Positions 1 to 6,915 of a stretch of DNA of 64,000 nt are shown here, piece by piece. Made by a program: the position numbers and the translations under genes. The stretch is from a virus (taxonomy: Duplodnaviria; Caudoviricetes), in IMG/VR virus record IMGVR_UViG_3300037589_000163, positions 10,016 to 74,015 of that record, one strand, 5' to 3'. Within the stretch, counting starts at the first letter, position 1; the number at the start of each line of letters is the position of its first letter. A model generated the notes under the pieces. It saw only the letters and a list, made by a program, of their open reading frames with translations. It ran no database searches and was not told where the DNA came from.

Positions 1-165
1 TTTCTGGTGGTTAAGGTGATCCCATATCCAGGCGCCGGCCGGAGTTCTTTTGAGGACACGGAACTCGTCGAAAGTGATCGTGACATGAGGAAGCTTTTCA
101 GGATCACTGCCGATGTGTGTTCGGTACCGATAGCGGTAATAGACCTCCTGCTTTTCAGGTTTCAT
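1..165 (-). CDS. Hypothetical early protein, truncated by the window edge (MKPEKQEVYYRY...VLKRTPAGAWIW)
   Basis: Translated by hand. The ATG at 165 overlaps the TGA of the 162..527 ORF (ATGA coupling) and the frame stays open to the edge. Confidence 0.6.
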   Translation of the reverse strand, partial: MKPEKQEVYYRYRYRTHIGSDPEKLPHVTITFDEFRVLKRTPAGAWIWDHLNHQK

Positions 166-527
166 TTTGCTATCCTCTCCACTGTGTAGGAGACGACCTT
201 CTGACCTGGTTTGTTGGTCTGGAACATGAAGACGGAGTTCAACCGGGCCCATATTTCAGCGTCTTTCTTCTCCAGGAAAGTTTTGCCGACGACGATCTTT
301 CTCTGGCTCGGGCGAACGTTCTTCATCAAGACGAAGAAGTGCTTCTGCTTGCGGTCCAGGGACTCACGGATCTTTTTGTGTTCGCGGCACCAGTTGGAGC
401 CCTCAAGCACCAGTCCGTGACAACGATCGTATTCATTATCACTGCGTGGAGACTGGACCACGGCATGACAAAGAGGACCGTTCTCTGGTTCAAAGAGACC
501 TCTTCTTGATCGATTTCTCTTGCCCAT
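162..527 (-). CDS. Hypothetical protein with a Cys/His-rich N-terminus (possible Zn-binding)
   Basis: 121-aa ORF in the - strand early cluster; contains CHAVV...RCHG...WCREH. Confidence 0.6.
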   Translation of the reverse strand: MGKRNRSRRGLFEPENGPLCHAVVQSPRSDNEYDRCHGLVLEGSNWCREHKKIRESLDRKQKHFFVLMKNVRPSQRKIVVGKTFLEKKDAEIWARLNSVFMFQTNKPGQKVVSYTVERIAK

Positions 528-672
528 AGCTTTTAGGCGCTCCTTCGCCGATTTGGTCGAAAAGTCGGATTTGGTATTTAGAAAGTTGGATTGGGAGTCG
601 AACTGAATTCTACTTTTTCACATTATAATAGAGATAATCTTTCAATATATTTTTAAGATAATGACTATTTGA

Positions 673-1071
673 TTATTTAGATTTGATGCCGAAAACAGGT
701 ATGTCGTTGAGCATAGCTCTTCTGGCCATGTCGTCGGTTCCACGGCCACCAGGAAAAGCAAAAACGAAGTTGGGTTTCCCGATGTCAATCATATGTTGAT
801 TGCGGTGGAAGCCGGCCAGTACATCAAACTTGGTCCCATCAAACCTGGTTCTGACGACAGCACCTGGCCGATCGATGTCGTACCAAAGAGCTGGGAAAGC
901 TTGTTCAGGGATACCACGACTATCGGCCCATTCTTTTGCGAGCAAATCAGCTCCGCGGGCACCGCCATGAATGATCGATGTGATCCCCAGTTTAACGACT
1001 GCGAGGTCCATGATTTCATGCAAGAGTTTGTGGTCTTTGAAATCGCGACCACCACAGACGAGAGCTCTCAT
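673..1071 (-). CDS. SLOG-superfamily protein (DUF2493/YspA-like)
   Basis: Motifs LVCGGRDF, IIHGGARGAD, AGFHRNQHM and FPGGRGTDDM are typical of phage SLOG proteins. Confidence 0.8.
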   Translation of the reverse strand: MRALVCGGRDFKDHKLLHEIMDLAVVKLGITSIIHGGARGADLLAKEWADSRGIPEQAFPALWYDIDRPGAVVRTRFDGTKFDVLAGFHRNQHMIDIGKPNFVFAFPGGRGTDDMARRAMLNDIPVFGIKSK

Positions 1072-1099
1072 TTTGGTCCCCAGACTATCGGTTGATATT

Positions 1100-1135
1100 A
1101 AAAAAAGGGGACATCTCCGTTCTGGAGACGTCCCC
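1100..1135 (-). terminator. Rho-independent terminator
   Basis: On the - strand: GGGGACGTCTCC-AGAAC-GGAGATGTCCCC followed by a T7 tract. Confidence 0.75.
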
Positions 1136-1455
1136 TAATGCTGGCGTAACCTGGCAGCAGCAGGAATCCCCTTCTCGTTGGGATCAGTACGCAAGTTCAA
1201 GTCTTTGAAGACCCGCTTTCAGCGAATGATTTGACCGCAATGCTCGTAGGAAGTTTTAATGAGCAAGGCGTGTCGGCATTTTGTGGATGCGTGACATGAG
1301 ATGTGGTCACTATATGTAAGCGTCGTTCATCTTATTAAAACAAGGTGTATCGCTAACGCATTGGGCTTGGCTCCAGTTTGGTTGACGCGATTGAGCGGGA
1401 ACATCCGACAAGGGGACCGAATCCTTGCCGGACACAGACTCTCTTTCGAGAGACG
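1136..1455 (-). ncRNA. Candidate structured non-coding RNA of unknown family
   Basis: About 320 nt with no convincing ORF, a chain of hairpins including a GAAA-loop stem on the - strand, and - strand terminators on both sides. Confidence 0.3.
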
Positions 1456-1485
1456 AAAAGGGGAACCTGGTTTCCCAGGTTCCCC
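1456..1485 (-). terminator. Rho-independent terminator after gp2/Drc
   Basis: On the - strand: GGGGAACCTGG-GAAA-CCAGGTTCCCC followed by TTTT. Confidence 0.75.
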
Positions 1486-1507
1486 ATGAGGTGTGGTGTG
1501 GTGCCGA

Positions 1508-1981
1508 TTACTCGGCGGCTTCAGGCACCTTCGGCAAAGCGAGCAGCTTGCTGAGGTCGGTGGAGAACTCGTTGGTCTCCGGATCGACGGCCAGCTCCTC
1601 GTTGACCCGGCGAATGCGGATCTTGAGGTTCAGCTCTTCTTCACGGCCGGGATCGAAGTTGGCGCCCATTTCCTGGAGTGCTTCCAGCAGCTGGTTCTGA
1701 GCGATCCGCTGCTTGACCCATTCTTCGTTCTGGCCGCGGACGTCGAGCTTGTCCATGGTGTCGACCGGAATGCCGAAAGGCAGCGAGATGAAGCGTGCGT
1801 TTTCGCCTTCACCGGCTTCGTAGCCGACGTTGATCCAGATCTTGGCCTTCGGCTTGTTGGTGGGATTGGCCAGGCCGGCGAAAGGGGTGCTCGAGTTGTT
1901 GCTGTTCGAGGTGGTGTTGTTTCCGAAATTGATAACGCCCATTGTGGTAGCTCCTTTGGTTGGGTGTTCTGGTAGTGTCAT
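1508..1981 (-). CDS. drc: N4 gp2/Drc-like ssDNA-binding RNAP2 cofactor
   Basis: KPKAKIWINVGYE...FISLPFGIPVDT...QNQLLEAL...IRIRRV matches the N4 gp2 pattern; lies directly downstream of a vRNAP promoter. The true start may be the second Met (MGVINF). Confidence 0.8.
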   Translation of the reverse strand: MTLPEHPTKGATTMGVINFGNNTTSNSNNSSTPFAGLANPTNKPKAKIWINVGYEAGEGENARFISLPFGIPVDTMDKLDVRGQNEEWVKQRIAQNQLLEALQEMGANFDPGREEELNLKIRIRRVNEELAVDPETNEFSTDLSKLLALPKVPEAAE

Positions 1982-1992
1982 GGGTATGCTCT

Positions 1993-2012
1993 TCCTGAAC
2001 GGGCGAAGCCCG
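1993..2012 (-). promoter_or_regulatory. Virion RNAP hairpin promoter (hairpin on the + template strand)
   Basis: TCC-TGAA-CGGGC-GAA-GCCCG has the same architecture as N4 early promoters (TCC-N4-5 bp stem-GNA loop). Confidence 0.85.
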
Positions 2013-2052
2013 AACCGAAAAAAGCAATTTGATTTGAGGTGGTTAGAGAGGG

Positions 2053-2448
2053 TTAAACCTCTTTAGGCTCAAACCAGTTGATCTCGCCGGTCTCGGCGAA
2101 ATGACGGAGCGTGCGAACGCTCATGTCCTTGGTGATGTGGCGGTTCTCCGGGGCTGTATATCCACCACGGAAAAGCTCCTGACGGATGGAACCGTCTTTG
2201 TCGTTGGTGCCGAAGAAATCAAGGGCATCATTGATAAGGTTGTTTTCGCCGTTCCAGCACTGACCGTTGTTCATGAGGACTTTCGGACGGCCTTGTTGTT
2301 CCCATGCGGCCCAACCCGCGATACATGAAGGTGTACCACAGGCATGAGCGACACGGATTATGCTGAATTTCCTTTCAGGCTGCTTCTCGATGAGATCGGC
2401 CAGCTTCAGGACGTTCTCCTTGTTGCAGGTTCGGGTATTGTTTTTCAT
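2053..2448 (-). CDS. Hypothetical early protein
   Basis: 131-aa ORF; contains CGTPSCIAGWA, a motif seen in phage hypotheticals. Confidence 0.7.
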   Translation of the reverse strand: MKNNTRTCNKENVLKLADLIEKQPERKFSIIRVAHACGTPSCIAGWAAWEQQGRPKVLMNNGQCWNGENNLINDALDFFGTNDKDGSIRQELFRGGYTAPENRHITKDMSVRTLRHFAETGEINWFEPKEV

Positions 2449-2451
2449 GGT

Positions 2452-2577
2452 TCAGCATCCTTCCTGACAGACAAGATCAACGTGATCCTGGCGGTACGAG
2501 TAGATTGTGATGAGCGACATCCCGAGCAACAGGATGAGCGCAGCAGCGAGGATGTTCTCGGCTGTTTTAGTGGACAT
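2452..2577 (-). CDS. Small membrane protein (41 aa, MSTKTAEN...)
   Basis: Internal Met of the listed 79-aa ORF; one hydrophobic helix; abuts its neighbours. Confidence 0.5.
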   Translation of the reverse strand: MSTKTAENILAAALILLLGMSLITIYSYRQDHVDLVCQEGC

Positions 2578-2695
2578 TCTGGGCTCCCTGGATGTGGATG
2601 ATGCCGTTCTCCTGCCAGTTGTGGGACAGGAGTGCAGCGGCAAAGATAGCGCTGACCAGCAGCGCTGTTGTGAGTTGGATGGCACGCTCAAGCAT
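2567..2695 (-). CDS. Small membrane protein (42 aa, MLERAIQ...)
   Basis: Internal Met of the listed 110-aa ORF; one hydrophobic helix; overlaps neighbouring starts and stops. Confidence 0.5.
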   Translation of the reverse strand: MLERAIQLTTALLVSAIFAAALLSHNWQENGIIHIQGAQNVH

Positions 2696-2939
2696 GGTCG
2701 AATGCCTTGCTGATATCCCGGATGACGTCGTCGATTTCGAACTGGTCGAAGTCTTCGTCGATCGGGGAAATGAACTGGGATTTGGTATCCGGAACGAGCG
2801 TGAGATTGGTCTTTCTCGAGCTGGTCTTGCTCTCTTTGAAGGAGAGCATATCGTAGGTCTGGCGAACGGATTTCGTGGACATGATTGACTCCAAGACATG
2901 GAGTATCGCTACCAGAACAGACGTCCGGTTGATCTCCAT
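2688..2939 (-). CDS. Hypothetical early protein
   Basis: 83-aa ORF with an acidic C-terminus, in the early cluster. Confidence 0.55.
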   Translation of the reverse strand: MEINRTSVLVAILHVLESIMSTKSVRQTYDMLSFKESKTSSRKTNLTLVPDTKSQFISPIDEDFDQFEIDDVIRDISKAFDHA

Positions 2940-2983
2940 TATGTTGTGGGGATTATTGGGATTATCTGATCTGGATTAGTAGA

Positions 2984-3205
2984 TCAGATGAGGTCTTCCA
3001 TACCTCGAGAGAGGCGATGGTCTAAGGGAACGAGCTCGTACCAGGTACCGCTGTCGTCGATGACACCGCAGCTGAAGCCATTCATCCAGTCACAGAACTG
3101 TTGAGCTTTTTCGAGTTCATCTTCAGGAACATAACCAAGCACAAGACGATCAGCGATGTGATCTCTGTTCATGTTGTCCTTGCCGATGATTTTCATTGCA
3201 GGCAT
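2984..3205 (-). CDS. Hypothetical early protein
   Basis: 73-aa ORF with an upstream AAGGA-type RBS. Confidence 0.65.
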   Translation of the reverse strand: MPAMKIIGKDNMNRDHIADRLVLGYVPEDELEKAQQFCDWMNGFSCGVIDDSGTWYELVPLDHRLSRGMEDLI

Positions 3206-3298
3206 GGGTTTGATCCTTGTGGTGATTATCTAGATAATTTGAATATACTATCTAGAAAATAGGGTGATCCCGGTCCGAAGACCGAGATCTGGTTGGTG

Positions 3299-3634
3299 TT
3301 AGGACTGTGTTTCGGCGAAGAGGGACTGGTAGTCAGTGACCAGTTCGTTGAACTTTGAAGCACGATCAGGCTGAGACTGGTATTCCCGACGGTATTCTTC
3401 GTGGATGCGCTCCTGATTGCGAGCTGCTTCCATGATGAGGTTGTCACGCCATGTGTGGTCTTCGACCTTGTGAGCGATGATCTGGTTGTTCTTGGCACGC
3501 TGTACGAAGCGGTCGAGCATGTCGACGGATGATGCTGCTGTGTCGATGATCTTGGCTGCTGATTCAGCTGTGGACTGGACAGTGCCGAGGAGTGCGACGA
3601 TGGTGTTGGATGTGGTGGATGTGACGTTTGCCAT
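3299..3634 (-). CDS. First gene downstream of the P1-like promoter (N4 gp1-like position)
   Basis: 111-aa helical ORF with a strong AGGAG RBS, 50 nt downstream of the hairpin promoter. Confidence 0.75.
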   Translation of the reverse strand: MANVTSTTSNTIVALLGTVQSTAESAAKIIDTAASSVDMLDRFVQRAKNNQIIAHKVEDHTWRDNLIMEAARNQERIHEEYRREYQSQPDRASKFNELVTDYQSLFAETQS

Positions 3635-3683
3635 TTTGGTTTTCTCCTGTTGAGAGGTGAGTGATGATCATGTGATCAGGCGA

Positions 3684-3704
3684 TCCAGAAAGGGCGTAAG
3701 CCCT
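3684..3704 (-). promoter_or_regulatory. Virion RNAP hairpin promoter, tetraloop variant
   Basis: TCC-AGAA-AGGGC-GTAA-GCCCT has the same spacing as the promoter at 1993-2012 but a 4-nt loop. Confidence 0.65.
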
Positions 3705-4274
3705 GTGTGACTGGGACAACAGGAAGTGAGGCGAGTGCTGAGCTGTGAAGAGGTGGGGTAGGGTGTGAAAGAGATGTGAGAAGACACCGGGGGGGGGTAT
3801 TTTCTTTTATCGAGATGCCCCGGTGTGAATAGTACCGAGCAGAACTATTATGAGATTACCCACACCCGAAAAAATCTGATAATATTATCTCTATAATGTT
3901 CTCTTAAAAATATATAATAATTATATATATAATGATTATCAAAACATTGTGTATTATTATCTATAAATATTATCTTTAATAATGAGGTTTTGTCTCCCCC
4001 TTAATGGTATGGGAGTTTGCCCCTGTAAACGACAATATCTCCCCCGCTTCTCTTTCTCTAGTATTTGAGAGGAGAAGGGTAGGCCTGGGGGGCAAAACAG
4101 ATAGGGATGGGGGGAAGCTACTCCACAGGGAGGGATCTTGTCTATCCCCGTCGGATCCTTTTGAAGGCCCGAAACTCTTGTCTATCTCCAGCGAAGCCCA
4201 AAAGCCCAGGGAAAGCCTGGGTTGTTGGAGAGATAGGGGCCAGAAAAAAATATCAGGAATTGCTCAGGAAAAAC
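3705..4274. other. Probable genome-terminus / collapsed terminal-repeat region
   Basis: Non-coding stretch where the early (-) and late (+) gene blocks diverge; contains a G9 tract (3789-3797), a very AT-rich block (~3860-3985) and a hairpin-rich block. The position is inferred from N4 genome organisation. Confidence 0.5.
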
Positions 4275-4520
4275 TCAGTGGAGGGTGGGTGAAACCATCT
4301 TGGGGAGCTCGATTGTGAAATATCCCTTCTCAGGGTTGCCACAGCAGACATAGGTAATCTCCTCTGTCTCGAGATCCTCGATCTCATCTCCGAACCGGTC
4401 ATAGGCCTCAATGATGGGAAGCATGGTGCCGTCGGTCATGACGACCTGCTCGGTGTTCAGATCGATGCCGAGGAATTCAAAAGGGAGGGGTTCGCTCTTG
4501 TCACCCGGGCCCCCGTTCAT
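4275..4520 (-). CDS. Hypothetical acidic protein
   Basis: Listed as 4275..4535; the ATG at 4520 has the better RBS context. Confidence 0.55.
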   Translation of the reverse strand: MNGGPGDKSEPLPFEFLGIDLNTEQVVMTDGTMLPIIEAYDRFGDEIEDLETEEITYVCCGNPEKGYFTIELPKMVSPTLH

Positions 4521-4672
4521 TCCTGGTTCCCCCACAGGGAGAGCTCAACGGCACTTAGATAATGCTTGATAATGGTGCTTGAAAATCTCACTTGATTATT
4601 CCTTCTAATGGTGATCTAAAACCTAAGTCCGATTTTTAGAAAATCGAAATCACATTAGCAAGGAAAATCATC

Positions 4673-4918
4673 ATGAATTTTGCAGATGCAGTGAACAGCC
4701 TCCACGACGGGAAGACCGTCGCCAGGAAAGGCTGGAACGGGAAAGGCATGTGGCTGGTCAAGGCTGACCGTGGAACTTTCGAGATTGACGGCAAGGTCGG
4801 CGGAAACCTGATCCCCTTCATCGTCATGAAGACCGCCGACAACAAGTTCGTTCCCTGGCTCGCTTCCCAGAGCGACGTCCTGTCGAATGACTGGGAAATC
4901 GTTGGGGAGGACTCCTGA
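4673..4918 (+). CDS. tad2: DUF2829 / Tad2-like protein (Thoeris anti-defence sponge family)
   Basis: MNFADAV...GKTVARKGWNGKGMWL...VPWLASQSDVLSNDWEIV is the DUF2829 signature; AAGGA RBS upstream. Confidence 0.85.
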   Translation: MNFADAVNSLHDGKTVARKGWNGKGMWLVKADRGTFEIDGKVGGNLIPFIVMKTADNKFVPWLASQSDVLSNDWEIVGEDS

Positions 4919-5586
4919 TGGCCGTCCGCGTATTTGAAGAAGACCTGATCGCTCATGCGAAAGCCAGGAATGCCGTCCGAGTTACCCTCCAGGATGTCGA
5001 GAACTCGATCGCCCACGAACGCTACTTCACCGCAGCCGAAGGTGCCTATGGCCGTGCAATCACGTCGAACGAATACCGTAAGCAGATCCCGGCGGCCCTC
5101 AACTACCTGACCTTCTGTGTCCTGGTGATGAAGAACGGTTTCACGGTGACAGGTGAATCAGCCTGTGCCGATCCTCGCAGCTTCGACCATAACATCGGCC
5201 AGGAGATTGCCCGCAAGAACGCGATCGGCAAGATCTGGATGCTGCTCGGTTTCCAGCTCCGCACCAAAATGTTCGATGAAGAGCAGCGTCTCGAGCAGAT
5301 GGCCTTCCAGCCTTCCGGCGACATGGTCACCTATGTCGGCACGAAAGTCGTCAATGCGCGGCCGATGAATCGTCAGGCCTACAATGACCTGCGTGGGTGG
5401 AAGCTTCCGGACGATGAAGACGGATCCGACGAGGGTTACCTGGTCGAATACACCGACCGCAAGGAAGTCCCTCCTCTTGTGCAGGGGTTCAAGGGATACA
5501 TCTCCTGGTCTCCGAAAGAGGTCTTCGAGAACGCCTATGAACCGGTGGCCGGCGAGAGGAACGTTTATCAGGAGAGCCTCCTGTGA
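4918..5586 (+). CDS. Fusion: N4 gp49/Sf6 gp66-family domain (probably Acb4-like) plus C-terminal YxGTK...GYLVEY...SWSPKxVF domain
   Basis: N-terminal half has LTFCVLVMKNGFTVTGESACADPRSFDHNIGQEIARKNAIGKIW. C-terminal half has YVGTKVVNARPM...DEGYLVEY...YISWSPKEVFENAY. Start overlaps the stop of the previous gene (TGATG). Confidence 0.8.
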   Translation: MAVRVFEEDLIAHAKARNAVRVTLQDVENSIAHERYFTAAEGAYGRAITSNEYRKQIPAALNYLTFCVLVMKNGFTVTGESACADPRSFDHNIGQEIARKNAIGKIWMLLGFQLRTKMFDEEQRLEQMAFQPSGDMVTYVGTKVVNARPMNRQAYNDLRGWKLPDDEDGSDEGYLVEYTDRKEVPPLVQGFKGYISWSPKEVFENAYEPVAGERNVYQESLL

Positions 5587-5909
5587 GCTTCCTCATTTTC
5601 CTCTTCGTGTTCGCCGTTCTGACCTTCTTCCAGAATGCAGTCTTCACCGCGGTATCCCGATCCAGGAACTCCGGCGATGTCTTCTACCACTGGAAATGGT
5701 CGCTGCTGTCGAACAGCATCTGGTTCATCGCCCAGATCTTCATCATGAAAATGATCTGGGACGCGATCAATGACAGTTCCTACTGGAAGATCGCGGCCGC
5801 CGGCTGGGTGTACGTCATCACCACATCGAGCGGATCGGCGTGGATGATGTCCAGGATGCTGAAGAGCGAGCAGGGGAAGAGGCGGGTCGGGGCTGGTTTG
5901 CAGCCTTGA
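5583..5909 (+). CDS. Small multi-pass membrane protein (3-4 TM)
   Basis: GTG start overlaps the upstream TGA; hydrophobic helices; contains FQN..FT.VSRSRNSG and a basic GKRRVG tail. Confidence 0.75.
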   Translation: MSFLIFLFVFAVLTFFQNAVFTAVSRSRNSGDVFYHWKWSLLSNSIWFIAQIFIMKMIWDAINDSSYWKIAAAGWVYVITTSSGSAWMMSRMLKSEQGKRRVGAGLQP

Positions 5910-6090
5910 ATCACTCGGTACACCGGGCCGGGCAGCCCAGGAAGGAATAGGCGCCCGGCCCGTAGTCCCTCAGCGGTGGAAACCCACAAAACACCGCGAG
6001 GAAAGATAATAGAAAATTGATTTTTACAAATCATCTCGTAATATTATGAGATAATGAATATCATAAAAATGATCTGAGGCAATAGAGAAT

Positions 6091-6915
6091 ATGAGTACTC
6101 CGTCCCTTTTTAATACCCCACCCCTTTTTAAGGATAATTCGGAGGTCTCCCAGGCGCCGGAGGCGCCACAGCATGTGGAGGAGCCGCAGGCGCCGGCTGT
6201 CGAGAAGAACCCGGCAATGACCCCCACGATCGGACTGATCACCGAGAATGATCTCAAGAGCGCTCTGCCAGCCACCCTGAGATCCTCCGTCAGCCAGTCC
6301 CTGGTCGACAAGGTCAACAGGATCTCAAGTGACCCGATCGCAGCGGAGAACATCCGCAATAATTTCGTCAGCTACACATCGGTGATGAAGGAAGGCCGCT
6401 TCAAGATCGAGGATTACCTCAATGCGGTGGCTTACGTTTCCTACAAGCTGATGGGGTACAACAACGAGGAATCTTACGCGAAGACCTTTCCGCAGCGTTA
6501 CGCGGACCTGCTCGCGAAGAACACCTCCAAGAAGGACATCTCGGCCTATGTGTCGGCGTATCACCGCGGCAAGCTGGTGAACCTGATCATGGAACAGTCC
6601 CTGGTTCCCTCCTGGGTCCTAAATCAGGATCTCTTTCAGAAAGCGCTCAACGTGCAGGCCGAACTGATGGCGACGGCCACCAGTGAGAAGGTGCGTACCG
6701 ATGCCGCCAACTCGATCCTTACCCACCTCAAGAAGCCTGAAAAGGACTTCCAGCTGAACATCAACACGGAAGATTCCTCCGGCATGCGGGAGATGCGGGA
6801 CACTCTTTCCCAGCTGGCGGCCCAACAGAGGCAGATGATCGAACAGGGTCAGATGAAAACGATCGATGTCGCGGCAGCTCGTCTCGTCAACAAAAAGGAA
6901 GACGACGATGTCTGA
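6091..6915 (+). CDS. N4 gp69-like protein (putative terminase small subunit)
   Basis: 274 aa directly upstream of TerL; YLNAVAYVSYKLMG and SEKVRTDAANSIL patterns. Confidence 0.75.
   Translation: MSTPSLFNTPPLFKDNSEVSQAPEAPQHVEEPQAPAVEKNPAMTPTIGLITENDLKSALPATLRSSVSQSLVDKVNRISSDPIAAENIRNNFVSYTSVMKEGRFKIEDYLNAVAYVSYKLMGYNNEESYAKTFPQRYADLLAKNTSKKDISAYVSAYHRGKLVNLIMEQSLVPSWVLNQDLFQKALNVQAELMATATSEKVRTDAANSILTHLKKPEKDFQLNINTEDSSGMREMRDTLSQLAAQQRQMIEQGQMKTIDVAAARLVNKKEDDDV

Noticed and set aside
4004-4318. 104-aa and 61-aa + strand ORFs in the terminal region
   Set aside because: No RBS, atypical composition, and they overlap a region better explained as a structured non-coding element.
4918-5300. 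Calling the N-terminal domain Acb2
   Set aside because: Acb2 is an all-helical family with a different signature; this domain has the gp49/gp66 beta-strand motif.
5934-5952. Resemblance of CCAGGAAGGAA to SRP RNA helix 8
   Set aside because: The loop size and internal-loop residues do not match the conserved SRP motif.
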